This document shows, piece after piece, positions 1-10,736 of a stretch of 64,000 bases of DNA. Under the pieces are notes generated by a model. The model ran no database searches. It saw nothing but the letters and a program-made list of their open reading frames with translations, and was not told the DNA's origin. The stretch is taken from positions 320,001 through 384,000 of the forward strand of contig CAVRUC010000002.1 of the NCBI GenBank assembly GCA_963724295.1, in the 5' to 3' direction. How positions within the stretch are numbered: the stretch's first letter is position 1; the number at the start of each line of letters is the position of its first letter. The DNA is from an uncultured Chloroflexia bacterium (GTDB lineage Bacteria > Chloroflexota > Chloroflexia > Thermomicrobiales > UBA6265). The position numbers and the translations under genes were made by a program.

Positions 1-73
1 GAGCATCCTCGGTAGGTGAAACTGATACCAGCCAACCAAGCCACTATGCTTTGTGGTCATTGAGGAGCATTCG

Positions 74-928
74 ATGGCCTGGAAACGTCTCTTTGGTAAG
101 CAGACGAACACCGACTCGTCGCCGGCCTCGGCGGCAACACCGGAACCTGATGACAGTGGGGTCATGCGTCGCCGGCCTCCCGCCGCCGATCCCGCTATGC
201 AGAGCCGTCTCGACACATTGCGCCAGCGCCGGGACATGGCCGCGTACGACCTGGAGCGGGCGCTGTCGGCACGGCAGCCTGAGAATCCCTGGCGCGAGCG
301 CATGGAATTGCTCGACCACTCGTTGGCGACGATCGAAGACGATCTGCGTGCGCTCGATGCGACCCCGTCGCTGCCTGTTATTCCGCTTCCCGAGACGCCG
401 ATCACGGACATTGAGGTCCGGCTGGAGGAGCCGGTCAGCGTCGCCTTCACGATCGGACCGGAACGATTTCGCTGGGACGAGGAGATCGACTGGGATCAGC
501 GCGGCGGTCCTGTCGTGCGCGGGCAGGTCGTGCAGCGCTCCGGAAACGCCGCTGCGCTCGTGCCGCCCGAGGTCCCCGAGGAGCGACGGGGAGACCTGGA
601 GCGGCATCTCGCCGAGAGCGCGGCGGTCTTTGCGCTCGACCTACGCGACCGCGCCCTCGAAGGCGAGCCCCTACCCGAGCGGCCGACGCTGGCCGATCTC
701 GCTCGCCCCTGCCCCGTCTGCGGGGACTGGCTCGACTGGCGCGGCCATTGCGACACCTGCGCCACGCGCGCCTACCGCCGCCAGACGCTTCGCGCCGAAG
801 CGGCGCGCCTGGCCCAGGAGCGGGACGACGAGGAGGAAGACCGCCACAAGTGGTCGGAGCGATTTCCGGTCGCCCGCAAGCGCCTCGCCGATCTCGACGC
901 CGACATCGCCCGGCTCGAAGCCCGCTGA
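74..928 (+). CDS. Hypothetical protein with coiled-coil segments and a C-terminal CxxC...CxxC motif
   Basis: GAGGAG RBS at 62-67 before ATG 74; CPVCG...HCDTC motif; GC-rich third codon positions. Confidence 0.75.
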   Translation: MAWKRLFGKQTNTDSSPASAATPEPDDSGVMRRRPPAADPAMQSRLDTLRQRRDMAAYDLERALSARQPENPWRERMELLDHSLATIEDDLRALDATPSLPVIPLPETPITDIEVRLEEPVSVAFTIGPERFRWDEEIDWDQRGGPVVRGQVVQRSGNAAALVPPEVPEERRGDLERHLAESAAVFALDLRDRALEGEPLPERPTLADLARPCPVCGDWLDWRGHCDTCATRAYRRQTLRAEAARLAQERDDEEEDRHKWSERFPVARKRLADLDADIARLEAR

Positions 929-959
929 TCGAACGCTTCGCGCGCGGACCCTTACCCCA

Positions 960-1313
960 TCACAGGTCGGCCGGCAGCGTGGCGACGCCGGCGGCGGTCA
1001 TGCGATCTTCGCGCAACAGCCTTCGCGCGATCTCCCGGTTCGTTGGCGACCAGTTCGATCCCGGACGTCGGGAGACGAAGCGGATCGCGTAGCGCTCGTC
1101 ATCGATGCTCTTGGTCTGGGTATCGACCCAGCCGTGACACAGTGCCGTCTCGAGCAGCTCGTCGAAGGTCACGGTCTGTTTTCCGGACGCCTTCTTGAAC
1201 GTGCAGATGGCGACGATCAGCTCCCGCTCCGTCGCACCGTGGTCCCGTAACCAGCGATCGAGCTCACCTGCCGTCGAGAATGGCGTGGCCCGGGAGACGT
1301 CGAGCGGACTCAC
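960..1313 (-). CDS. YdeI/OmpD-associated family protein (N-terminal domain)
   Basis: ALCHGWVD...RFVSRRPGSNWSPTN...MTAAG pattern typical of YdeI. Confidence 0.8.
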   Translation of the reverse strand: MSPLDVSRATPFSTAGELDRWLRDHGATERELIVAICTFKKASGKQTVTFDELLETALCHGWVDTQTKSIDDERYAIRFVSRRPGSNWSPTNREIARRLLREDRMTAAGVATLPADL

Positions 1314-1465
1314 GTTCCCTCCCCACAGCGAAGCTCCGTGCCATCGGAACGGGTACCGTCAAACTCCGCCGAGAGCCCGTTATGAACTTGGGAGCAGGCG
1401 CGCGAGACGGCGACCCAGTCCCGCAGGCCATACCCCAGCGGCGTCACAGGTGCGAGGTGAGCCGC

Positions 1466-1897
1466 TTACGTACCCTGCTGTGCGGCCAGTTGCGCTCGCA
1501 ACCGCTCATCCTGCTCTCGCAGCTCGGGTGTGAATTCCTCACCGAAGTCCTCGGCCTCGAAGATCGGCCGGATTTCGATCTCGGACTCGCCGCTCATTGG
1601 GTTGGGACAGCGCTTGACCCACTCGATCGCCTCGTCGAGCGACTCCACCTGCCAGATCCAATAGCCGGCGATCAACTCCTTCGTCTCTACGAAGGGACCA
1701 TCGATCACCGTCCGCTGCGATCCGGAGAAGCGAACGCGAGCCCCTTCCGAGCTCGGCTTCAGCCCATCACCGTCCAGCATCACGCCGGCCTTGACCAATT
1801 CCTCGTTGAAGGCGCCCATCTCCCTGAGCAGCTGTTCGCTGGGCATCACGCCCGCTTCGGACTCCTCGTTGGCCTTGATGATCACCATCACGCGCAT
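1466..1897 (-). CDS. YciI/DGPF-domain protein
   Basis: MRVMVIIKA start with RBS; GLKPSSEGARV and DGPFVETKELIAGYW motifs. Confidence 0.9.
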   Translation of the reverse strand: MRVMVIIKANEESEAGVMPSEQLLREMGAFNEELVKAGVMLDGDGLKPSSEGARVRFSGSQRTVIDGPFVETKELIAGYWIWQVESLDEAIEWVKRCPNPMSGESEIEIRPIFEAEDFGEEFTPELREQDERLRAQLAAQQGT

Positions 1898-2071
1898 CGT
1901 CGATTCTCCTTCGCGTTCTCTCCGTGAGCCGGGCGGCAAAGACCCACGTTGGATCTCATCCCGCTCTCTGTCATTGTCGAACGCGATCCTACGCAATCGA
2001 CATGGAGCCCGGGGCGTTGTTCCGCCGCCCGCTCGAGCTCCGATCACCCCCGCCGAAAGACGAGCGCCGGT

Positions 2072-2758
2072 TCAGGGTGTCTCGGGGCACTCCGGCGCTT
2101 CTCCGTCGCGATCGAGCACCTCACCCGTCCCGGCGTCGATACGGAGCAGCAACCCATGCTTTTCCAGAACGCGCGTGTCCTCGTAGACGATCACCCAGTG
2201 GAGTGGCCAATCGGTGCGTCCGGCCGCGACCGGGAACGTCCGGGTAAGATGCCGGAACTGAGGGCACTCCCGCCGAAAGGCGGTGCCCCCCGCCTCCTCG
2301 GCGCGCAACGTCGCCTCGGTCGAGTCGATCGCCGCCGGAGGCGGTGGCGGCCGGAACTCGGGAGCCTGCTCCCAGCCTTCCGTCTCCTGGGTCACGATCG
2401 CCCCCGTCAGGCGCTCGATGACGACGCCGAGGAACGCCCCGCCGGGAGACCGCCCTGGCGGGTCCCATGGCGCGACGAAGGCGTAGGTCAGCCAGCCCGT
2501 GCCTGGTATCGCGGTCGGCGACCCTGACGGCACGCTCCACGGCCAATCGACCTGCATCGAGGCGTTGAGCAGGATGGCGCCGGGCAGCCAGGCATCAGCC
2601 TGGGCCTGGGCCAGGGGTAGGGCGCTCTCATACGTGGCGCCGCTGCCCGCAAGGGGCGCGGTCTCTGCCGGTAACGGCGGCAACGCCGGTCGGTCGGGGG
2701 TCCAGACCCAGACGCCGAGGGCAATAGCCGCCAGCAGCAGCTGCACGCCGAGCAACAC
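2072..2758 (-). CDS. Hypothetical membrane-anchored protein, possibly PepSY-like (start uncertain)
   Basis: N-terminal hydrophobic helix; IDAGTGEVL motif at the C-terminus. Confidence 0.55.
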   Translation of the reverse strand: MLLGVQLLLAAIALGVWVWTPDRPALPPLPAETAPLAGSGATYESALPLAQAQADAWLPGAILLNASMQVDWPWSVPSGSPTAIPGTGWLTYAFVAPWDPPGRSPGGAFLGVVIERLTGAIVTQETEGWEQAPEFRPPPPPAAIDSTEATLRAEEAGGTAFRRECPQFRHLTRTFPVAAGRTDWPLHWVIVYEDTRVLEKHGLLLRIDAGTGEVLDRDGEAPECPETP

Positions 2759-2864
2759 CGCAATTGCTTTACGCCGTCCCTCGCGCCTCTGCGCGCCACC
2801 CGCAGTGCATGGACAGCCAGCCCATCGGACTCGGGAGAAGAAGTTGCCTGCTCTGCTGCGCTTT

Positions 2865-2910
2865 CTCCCTTCTCCCCGCTCCGAGGGGAGAAGGGCTGGG
2901 GATGAGGGGA
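2865..2910. repeat. REP-like palindrome CCCTTCTCCCC..GGGGAGAAGGG-CTGGGGATGAGGGG
   Basis: 11-bp stem; related copies at 32213-32252, 32272-32323 and 37573-37603. Confidence 0.7.
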
Positions 2911-2924
2911 ATCCGCTGTCTGAT

Positions 2925-3251
2925 TCATTCCCATGAGAGGTTGCGCACCGCGTAAGGTGCGGAGCGGGGCAGCGCTCCTGGCTCATCCGGATCGTCGGCC
3001 GCGGGGAGATCGCCGGCGCCGATTGCCTCCCAACCGCGTTCGGCCAGCGTCGTCCCGATCGTCTCCTGCGTCCACTGATCGGCATGCCAGACCAGGTCGG
3101 CGAACGCGTCGACACCGCGCACGGGCGCGAGGATCTCTTCCCGCACTGTCTCGATTCGGGTTCCGGTGTCGAGCCACACCACGAGCCGCAAGAGCGTTCG
3201 CCCTTCGCTGACGATTGGGGTCACCACGCCTTCGACACGGCCAAATCGCAC
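2925..3251 (-). CDS. Hypothetical protein
   Basis: 108-aa ORF directly downstream of the MFS gene, same strand. Confidence 0.6.
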   Translation of the reverse strand: MRFGRVEGVVTPIVSEGRTLLRLVVWLDTGTRIETVREEILAPVRGVDAFADLVWHADQWTQETIGTTLAERGWEAIGAGDLPAADDPDEPGALPRSAPYAVRNLSWE

Positions 3252-3258
3252 GATACGC

Positions 3259-4500
3259 TCACCGCCGGACGGCGCTCGGCGCCGGGATGTCGACCCGGGT
3301 CGCGCCCGGATCGACGGTCGACTCGCGCGCGGTCGTGCTGCTGGTCGGGATCGTCAGGGCGACGAGGGCTCCGAGCGCCAGCAGCACGGTGAGACTGGCC
3401 AGCGCCACCTGCATGCCGAAGAGGTCGGCGATGCGGCCGGTAATCGGCACCCCAATGCCGCCCGTGACGAAGCCGAGACCGAGGATGACCCCGGACGCCA
3501 CGCCGATCCGGCCTGGAACCAACCGCTGCGCCATGACCAGCGTAATCGAGAGCGATGCGTCGCAGAAGAACCCGAAGAGCGCCGCCAGAAACAGCCCGTG
3601 GGGACCAGGGAAGGCGACGTAGAGCAGGAGCGCCGGGATCGTCAGCAAAAGCGTCGACACGATCACCCGGCGCTGGCCGATGCGGTCGGCGAAACCACCG
3701 CCAAGGAGGGTGCCGGCCGCTCCGGCGAGGATGATCGCCGCCGCCAGCGAGCCGTAGAACGCCTGGCTGAAACCGAGCTCGGAGTACCAGATGGGACTCA
3801 GCTGCAAGACGGAGAGGAAGACCCACGAGCGCAGCATGGTCACCAGGATGACGCGCGACAGCGCTCCCCAGTCCGACGATGCCCGCAGCGCGCGAGTGGT
3901 GGCCGCCCTCGCCTCGCGAGCCCGCTCCACGAGCCGCATCTGGGGCCAGATCAGCGTCGCGGCGGTAAACCCCGGAACCAGGAGGCCGAGCGTGCCGCGC
4001 GGGCCGAAGGCGCCAAGTAGCAGCGAACCGACGATCGGACCCAGCCCGTAGCCGATCCCCCCCGCCACCGTGTACAAGGACATCGCCGAGTTCCGGTGCT
4101 CATCCTGGGAGACCGCCGCCGCGTTCGAAGCCCCCAGCGGGTGGAAAGCGCCGGACCCGATCCCGGCCAGAGCGGCAAGCGCGATGAAGGCTAGGTAGCT
4201 GGTCACGAAGCCGTAGCACGCCGCGCAGAGCGCGCCCCAGATCAGGGTGGCGGGCACGAACCAGCGCCGGCCGTGGGTATCGGAGAAGTAGCCGAAGAGC
4301 GGTTGTGTCAGGGACGACGTGGCCGTGAAGGCGAGCGTCACCAGTCCGAGCTGGGCATTGGTGAGCCCGTACTGGAGTTTCATGCTCGGGAAGAGCACCG
4401 GCAGGACGCCGCCCAGCATATCGTTCGAGAAGTGACCGAGCATGAGGACGACCAGCGCCCGGCTTCTCACGATCTGCAATAGCGAGGTCACCGTCTGCAC
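3259..4500 (-). CDS. MFS transporter (Fsr-like)
   Basis: About 12 TM helices; GHFSND, QPLFGYFSD and GSGAFHP motifs. Confidence 0.9.
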   Translation of the reverse strand: MQTVTSLLQIVRSRALVVLMLGHFSNDMLGGVLPVLFPSMKLQYGLTNAQLGLVTLAFTATSSLTQPLFGYFSDTHGRRWFVPATLIWGALCAACYGFVTSYLAFIALAALAGIGSGAFHPLGASNAAAVSQDEHRNSAMSLYTVAGGIGYGLGPIVGSLLLGAFGPRGTLGLLVPGFTAATLIWPQMRLVERAREARAATTRALRASSDWGALSRVILVTMLRSWVFLSVLQLSPIWYSELGFSQAFYGSLAAAIILAGAAGTLLGGGFADRIGQRRVIVSTLLLTIPALLLYVAFPGPHGLFLAALFGFFCDASLSITLVMAQRLVPGRIGVASGVILGLGFVTGGIGVPITGRIADLFGMQVALASLTVLLALGALVALTIPTSSTTARESTVDPGATRVDIPAPSAVRR

Positions 4501-4738
4501 GCGCTCCGTACCGCCCTGGATGCCGGCCCTTGTTCTGGCCGGAGAATGATCGCACCTTCCAACCCGTGTGGTCGTCCCATGGCGGGGCGCCGCCGATCCC
4601 GTTGACACGATCTTGCCCCGACTCGTAGCATCCCGGCATCCCCTGCGGAACCCCGAACACTCTCGCGCGTTGTATCCGGATGGACGCCCCGGAGCGCCTG
4701 TACGTACACACGGACAGGGTCGCCATGGAGACTGATAG

Positions 4739-6547
4739 GTGCGGCATGAGGCGAGCGGACGAGGGCACTCGAGCGCGCGGGCGTCCCGGTTGGGACGACG
4801 GAGCGTGCTGCGGGCAGGCGCCGGGGTCGCCGCGGGACTGCTGGTCGGCGGGGAACGACGCCAGGCGCGAGCTGTTCCGGAGCGTCAGGCAGGTTCGTTC
4901 ACACTCGGCGGGCGCTGGGTGGAAGACGAGGGATTCCGCCTCGCGCAGCGCGCGGATCCGGCCCAGTTCATCGCATTTGCGGCCGATTTCCCGTTCTACG
5001 CGCTTGCCCCCAGCTGGAGTGGAGAGGGCGATCCGGGAGGATCGGTCGAGTTGCTCTGGAGTCCCGATGGCGTGACCTGGTCCGAGCCGATCTGGATCGG
5101 GCGAGCGTCGCACAGTGGCCGGCCCGACCGGGACGGACGCACCATCGGCAGCCTCGTCTCCACGCCGGGGGCCACGTTTCTGCAGTACCGAACATACGAC
5201 AGCGCCGGTAACTTGACGCCGCTGCCAGGGTTCGAGATCGACTACATCGACGCTACCGCGGGCCCGTCACTGGAGCAAATCGCCAACCCGGCACTCACGC
5301 CCGTCTTCTCGCCTCCGCCGCTGATCACCCGTGCCGCGTGGGGCGCGGACGAATCACTCCGTTTCGGCATGGGGGGTGGGGAGCTTTTCCCGGTCGAGTA
5401 TCAGCCGGTCGAGCACGTGATCATCCATCACGCCGATACCGCGAACTTCAACGATCCGGTATTGGAGATGCGCTCGATCTACTACTTCCACGCGATCACC
5501 CGTGGCTGGGGCGACATCGCCTACAACTACCTCGTCGATTTCATGGGCAATGTCTACGAAGGCCGCGTTGGCGGAGAGGGTGCGGTCGGCTGCCACGCCG
5601 AGGGCTACAACGCGGGGAGCTGCGGTATCTGCCTGATGGGCCGGTTCTTCGACGACCCAGCCACCCCGGAGATGCACAACGCCATCGTCTGGATCGCCTC
5701 CTGGGCCGCCCGAAATCTCGACCCGACCGGCGCCGCGCCCTTCCATGACATCACGAGTCTGCCGACGATCTGCGGGCACCGCGACGTCAACAACACCACC
5801 TGCCCCGGCGACGACTTTTACGTGCAGCTCGACACCGTCCGTACTGAAGCGCGGCGAGTAATCAGAGGCCGCGATGACCCGGAACCGCCGCCACCTGAGT
5901 GGTACCCCGGGATGCGGGTGCTCACGAATGCCGAAGGCGTCAGCCTCCGCGCCGGACCCGGAACCGATTTCGACGTCGTGACCAAGGTCGCCTTTGGCGA
6001 GCCGTTGCTGGTTCTCCAGGGTCCGACGACCAACGAGTCGACGATCTGGTACGAGGTCCAGGGCGTTTCGCTGACCGGGTGGATCGCCGGCAACCTGCTC
6101 GTTCCGGACCCAAATCCGGCTCCGCTCGAGCCGCCACCCACGGAAACACCAGTCGCCGCGGCGTCTGCGGACCCGGCCACGCCACTGCCGGAAGGCGAGG
6201 TTGCGCCACCCGCTGTGGAGCCCGTCCCAGAGACTGACCCTGTCAACGCTCCGGTCGAGAATGCTGAGACCGGCGAGCAGGTAGGTGGCGCCAACGGCAA
6301 CATGGAGCAACATCAGGAGGCGTGGCCGGTCTTCGCCGCCGGGACGGCAACTACCGTCGCCTCGGGTCCCCTCAACATTCACGTCGAGCCCGCGCTCTGG
6401 GCAACGGTCCTGACCGCGCTGCCGGCGGGCTCCATGGCGACGATCATCGCGGGTCCGGTCGAGGGCGAGGGCATCGCCTGGTACCAGATAGCGACGCCGG
6501 AGGGCGTCGAAGGCTGGTGCGACGGATCGTTTCTGCAAACACTCTGA
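4739..6547 (+). CDS. Tat-exported N-acetylmuramoyl-L-alanine amidase (Amidase_2/PGRP-like) with SH3b domains
   Basis: RRSVL twin-arginine signal; IIHH, WGDIAYNYLVD and GHRDVNNTTCPG motifs; LRAGPGT SH3-like repeats. Confidence 0.88.
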   Translation: MRHEASGRGHSSARASRLGRRSVLRAGAGVAAGLLVGGERRQARAVPERQAGSFTLGGRWVEDEGFRLAQRADPAQFIAFAADFPFYALAPSWSGEGDPGGSVELLWSPDGVTWSEPIWIGRASHSGRPDRDGRTIGSLVSTPGATFLQYRTYDSAGNLTPLPGFEIDYIDATAGPSLEQIANPALTPVFSPPPLITRAAWGADESLRFGMGGGELFPVEYQPVEHVIIHHADTANFNDPVLEMRSIYYFHAITRGWGDIAYNYLVDFMGNVYEGRVGGEGAVGCHAEGYNAGSCGICLMGRFFDDPATPEMHNAIVWIASWAARNLDPTGAAPFHDITSLPTICGHRDVNNTTCPGDDFYVQLDTVRTEARRVIRGRDDPEPPPPEWYPGMRVLTNAEGVSLRAGPGTDFDVVTKVAFGEPLLVLQGPTTNESTIWYEVQGVSLTGWIAGNLLVPDPNPAPLEPPPTETPVAAASADPATPLPEGEVAPPAVEPVPETDPVNAPVENAETGEQVGGANGNMEQHQEAWPVFAAGTATTVASGPLNIHVEPALWATVLTALPAGSMATIIAGPVEGEGIAWYQIATPEGVEGWCDGSFLQTL

Positions 6548-6853
6548 GTGAGGTGAAGAGTTTCAGGTGGTGAGTCATGGGCTTTCGGCTATCGGCCGTC
6601 CGGGCGATGGGTCAACCTTCCCGGCCCTCCCGAACTTCCAGGGTACTCGCGTAGCGACTCACGACTCACGACTGACGGCTCGCTCTAGCCGTCTCGATCA
6701 AGATCCCCCTTTCTGCGCGCGCGCCGGAACACCTGGTGTCAGCGCCAGGGAGCTTTGTAGCGAGCTGCTGTCACTCCCCTTATCGGCCCTGGAGCTCTTC
6801 AGCGCCTATCATCTTTGCCGAACTTGCGACGAAGGCTCAGGATTCTCGGCACT

Positions 6854-7696
6854 ATGATGCGGTTCCCAATTGGAATCATGGCTGCGCTGCTGTTGCTCGC
6901 TCCGGTCCTACCGGTTTCGGGCCAGGAAACAGAGGGCGCTGCGCTCGAGGGTGCATTCGCCGTCACGATCGCCACGGAGGACGTCCCACGAGATCTGATC
7001 GACGGCGCTTCCCTGATCGGCCGCTGGCAGGTCACGTTCACTGCGGATGGCACGTACCTGCTGGAGCGCCAGGATGTCGGCGCGGTCGCCACCGGCCGGT
7101 TCGACATCGACGGTGACCGGCTAACGCTTCGCGCCGAAACTGGTGTGCTGGCCTGCGCTTCGGGCGAGGCCGGCGAAGAGGCGGCCACGTACCGTTGGGA
7201 GGTGGTCGAGGAGCGGCTGTTTCTCATCGCCGTTGAGGAGCCCTGCGCGAAACGCCGCCTCCTGCTGACGACGCGCACGCTGTTCCACTTTGCGGCCTGC
7301 CCACCTCACACGGTCGAGCGCGCGGCGTCTGCAGCCACGCCGACCGGCGCCAGCACTCCACCGGCGCCAGGGCCTCTCGAGCCCGCGATCGACACGTTGC
7401 TCCGGCAAATGTCCGACTGCTGGGCGACTCGCGACCCGGATCGCTTTCTGCCCTTGCTTAGCCGGGACTTCCGGGCGAGGCACCAACCGGCCGACGATGA
7501 CGACGTGCGTCAGTTCACGCTGGGGATGGGAGCGCCGCTCGTCTGGGAGTTGGCGAGCGACGTCGACGTGATCGACGCGACCCACGCCACGGCCAGCGTG
7601 CGGCAGTTCTCCGGCGACAATGTCGACGTCCTCCGGTACGACTTCGTCTACGAGGATGGGGCGTGGCGGTGGGACGGCATGAGCGACAGCCCGTAG
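6854..7696 (+). CDS. Hypothetical secreted protein
   Basis: Signal peptide; two domains joined by a Pro/Ala linker. Confidence 0.7.
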   Translation: MMRFPIGIMAALLLLAPVLPVSGQETEGAALEGAFAVTIATEDVPRDLIDGASLIGRWQVTFTADGTYLLERQDVGAVATGRFDIDGDRLTLRAETGVLACASGEAGEEAATYRWEVVEERLFLIAVEEPCAKRRLLLTTRTLFHFAACPPHTVERAASAATPTGASTPPAPGPLEPAIDTLLRQMSDCWATRDPDRFLPLLSRDFRARHQPADDDDVRQFTLGMGAPLVWELASDVDVIDATHATASVRQFSGDNVDVLRYDFVYEDGAWRWDGMSDSP

Positions 7697-7840
7697 CACG
7701 GCTCCAACGCGACCAGGTCCGTAGATGACAGGTTTCTGAGCCAGCGCTATGCTGGCAGGCAGCCGGGTCGCGTCTATCGAAGCCTCGACCTGTACAGTCC
7801 GTAACTCGAAACAGATCGGGCACGGGAAGGAGCATGGATC

Positions 7841-9307
7841 TTGGCGACGCTGCTAGAGACGACCCGGAGTGGCCGCCGTGCCGTAATCGCTGCTCTCGCG
7901 GGCTTGGCCACCCTGGGTCGCGGCCGGCCGGCGACGGCGAGAAGCACGCGGTCGGTCCGTTTTGCGTTCTTCGGCACAGGGGCCGAACAGCGCGCCTACC
8001 AGCGCCTGGCGGCCGCCTTCGAGGCGGCCCACCCCGACATCACGGTTGAGCTGGTCGGCCTCGACTCGGGCGACGCGTCGTTGCGGCTGGACACCGTGAT
8101 GGCCAGCCCCGATCGGCCCTGGCTTCAGCGAGGCGGCCCCTACCAGTCCTGGCTCTGGCGCGAGCTGGCCAGTCCCACGGCGCCAGATGTCTTCGTGCTG
8201 AGCTACCAGCGCTTTCCCGCCTTCGCTGCACGCGGGATCCTCGAGCCGCTCGGGAAGTACCTGCGCGCCAGCACCGCGCTCGACGCCGCGGACCTCTACC
8301 CCGACGCGCTTGACGCGTTTCGTGCGGCCGACATGCCCGACGATGGGTTAGGCGCCATCCCGCTCAATGCCTCCAGCCTGGTCGTCTATTACAACAGCGA
8401 TCTGTTCGCGCAGCGCGGAGTTTCCTTGCCGAGCGATGAGTGGTCGTGGGAGGAGTTCGCTACCGCCGCCGAGGCGTTGACGTCCCGCCGAGATGGCGAC
8501 GGCCGGGCCACCGTTCACGGACTGGCCATCGAGCCGCGGCTCTCGCGATCGGCCGCGTTCATCTGGGGCGCCGGGGGCGAAATGATCGACGATCCAGTGC
8601 GGCCGACCCGGCTCACCCTCGACACCGCCGCGTCACAGGAAGGGTTGCGTTGGTTCGCCGAGTTGGGACCGGCCGGGCGCAACGTGACGCCGACCTCGCT
8701 CGAAGCGCGCCAGGTCAACGACCTCGCCCGCTTCGCCACTGGTCGCGCCGCGATGTTCGTCCATACTCGGCGCGTCGTTCCTGTCCTGCGCGAGGCGAAG
8801 GGTTTGAACTGGGATGTGGCGCCACTCCCCGTCGGCGCCATCCCGGCCAACGTCCTCCACAGCGATGGCTTGTGCCTGCTCGCCGGGGCGCGGGATAAAG
8901 AAGCGGCCTGGACGTTCATCGAGTTCGCGGTCGGTCCGGTCGGGCAAGCCGTTCTGGCCGAGACCGGGCGCACCGTCCCTTCGTTGCGCAGCGTCGCCGA
9001 CTCCGACGCGTTCTTGCGGGGCACGTCGCTTCCGCTCCAGTTCGGCGGTGAACCGCTCGGCTTGCTCCCGAAGCGGGGTCGCGTTTTTCTCGACAATGTG
9101 CCCGTCTCGCGCCGGCTGCCGGCCGTAGCCACTCTGCCCGCGGTGGAGGGGATGTTCGACCGCGCCTTCAAGCAGGCCTTCTACGTCGACGCCGATGTGT
9201 CCGGGGCTACAGCGACCATCGCGCGCGACATCCAGGGGATGCTGGGTGACCGGCTCACGGTCCCGAGCTACCTCTTCCGCGAGGGGATGACGGAGATAGA
9301 AGAGTAA
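7841..9307 (+). CDS. Sugar ABC transporter extracellular solute-binding protein (Tat)
   Basis: RRAVI signal; VVYYNSDLF, WSWEEF and WDVAPLP motifs. Confidence 0.88.
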   Translation: MATLLETTRSGRRAVIAALAGLATLGRGRPATARSTRSVRFAFFGTGAEQRAYQRLAAAFEAAHPDITVELVGLDSGDASLRLDTVMASPDRPWLQRGGPYQSWLWRELASPTAPDVFVLSYQRFPAFAARGILEPLGKYLRASTALDAADLYPDALDAFRAADMPDDGLGAIPLNASSLVVYYNSDLFAQRGVSLPSDEWSWEEFATAAEALTSRRDGDGRATVHGLAIEPRLSRSAAFIWGAGGEMIDDPVRPTRLTLDTAASQEGLRWFAELGPAGRNVTPTSLEARQVNDLARFATGRAAMFVHTRRVVPVLREAKGLNWDVAPLPVGAIPANVLHSDGLCLLAGARDKEAAWTFIEFAVGPVGQAVLAETGRTVPSLRSVADSDAFLRGTSLPLQFGGEPLGLLPKRGRVFLDNVPVSRRLPAVATLPAVEGMFDRAFKQAFYVDADVSGATATIARDIQGMLGDRLTVPSYLFREGMTEIEE

Positions 9308-9351
9308 CTGGTCAACGTCCGCCCCCGCTGAGACGAAGGAGTGCGGCACGC

Positions 9352-10730
9352 ATGGCCCGTTTGCGATCCTCCCGATTCTGGTGCACGCTGGCGCTCGTCA
9401 TCGCGACCTCAGCGCAACGCTTGCGAACGGCGTCACCTCGGGCGCGCAAGAGCCTGCCGGAATCCGCTTCGCCTTCTGGGGCGATCCGGCCGAGCAGGCA
9501 GCCTACGAGCAGGTCGTGGCGGGCTTCGAGGCCGCGCACCCCGACATCGACGTTACGATCGACTACACACCGGGGCAGACCGACTACTACCGCAAGATCG
9601 CCACCGACTTTGCTGGCAACGACCCGCCCGACGTCTTCCTGATCAACTACCGGCAGTTTGGGCAGTACGCCGCTCGCGGTGCCCTGGAGCCGGTCGCGTC
9701 ATTCCTCGATGCCAGTTCCGCGATTGCGGCCAGCGACTACGCCCCGATCGCCATGGATGCCTTCAAATACGGCGGCGACCAAGTATGTATGCCGCAGAAT
9801 GTCTCCAGTCTGGTCGTCTACTACAACGTCGACCTCTTCACCGCTAACGGCGTGCCGCTGCCGGCGGCGGGCTGGACCTGGAACGAGTTCGTAGGAGCTG
9901 CCGAGGCGTTGACCCAGGACACTGACGGCGACGGCCAGGTGGACCAGTACGGCGTCGTCGTCGAACCGATCATGTACCGCGTGGTCCCATTCGTCTGGAG
10001 TGCCGGCGGTGAGGTCGTCGACGACCTCGACGCGCCGACGACGCTGGCGCTCGACTCGCCCGAGGCGATCGCGGGGATCGAGATGTTTGTCAGCCTCGGT
10101 GCGAGCGGCCACAACGTCGTGCCCTCCGAGGAGGAGGTCGCCGCTGAGGAAGACGCCGATCGGTTCATGCGCGGCGGGGCGGCGATGTTCCTGCAGAGCC
10201 GGCGGGAGGTTCCAAGCCTGCGTCAGATCGAAGGCTTCGCCTGGGACGTGGCCCCACTACCGGTCATCGACGAGGCGGCTACGGTCCTGCACAGCGACGC
10301 GTTCTGCATGGCCTCGGCGGCCGCGGACCAGGGCGCGGTCTGGGACTTCGTCGAGTACGCCGTCGGGGAGACCGGCCAACTGATACTCGCCGAAACCGGG
10401 CGCATCGTCCCCTCCCGATCCGACATCGCTCAGTCCCCCGTCTTCTTGGATGGGGTCCCGGTCGACGGGGGAACGGGGCTTACCGGGGACGGCAGCCCGG
10501 CGCCGGAATCAGCCCTGCCGCCGGCGAACAGCGAGGTCTTCCTCACCAACATCCCCGCCATCCACCGCTTGCCGTCGCTATCGACCTGGCCTGAGGTCGA
10601 GGATATCTTCAATGCGGAGTTCGACCGAGCCTTCTACGTCCCAATCGACGTTCCCGCGGCCATAGACCGCGTCATCGCGCAGAGCCGGGAGCCCTTCGCA
10701 CGGGCCGCCGCGGACGCGGATGCGCCATAG
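9352..10730 (+). CDS. Sugar ABC solute-binding protein; apparent frameshift near 9410-9420 in the signal peptide
   Basis: AAGGAG RBS and ATG 9352 give a signal-like N-terminus; the SBP body is in ORF 9381-10730; paralog of the preceding gene. Confidence 0.85.
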
Positions 10731-10736
10731 TCTCGA

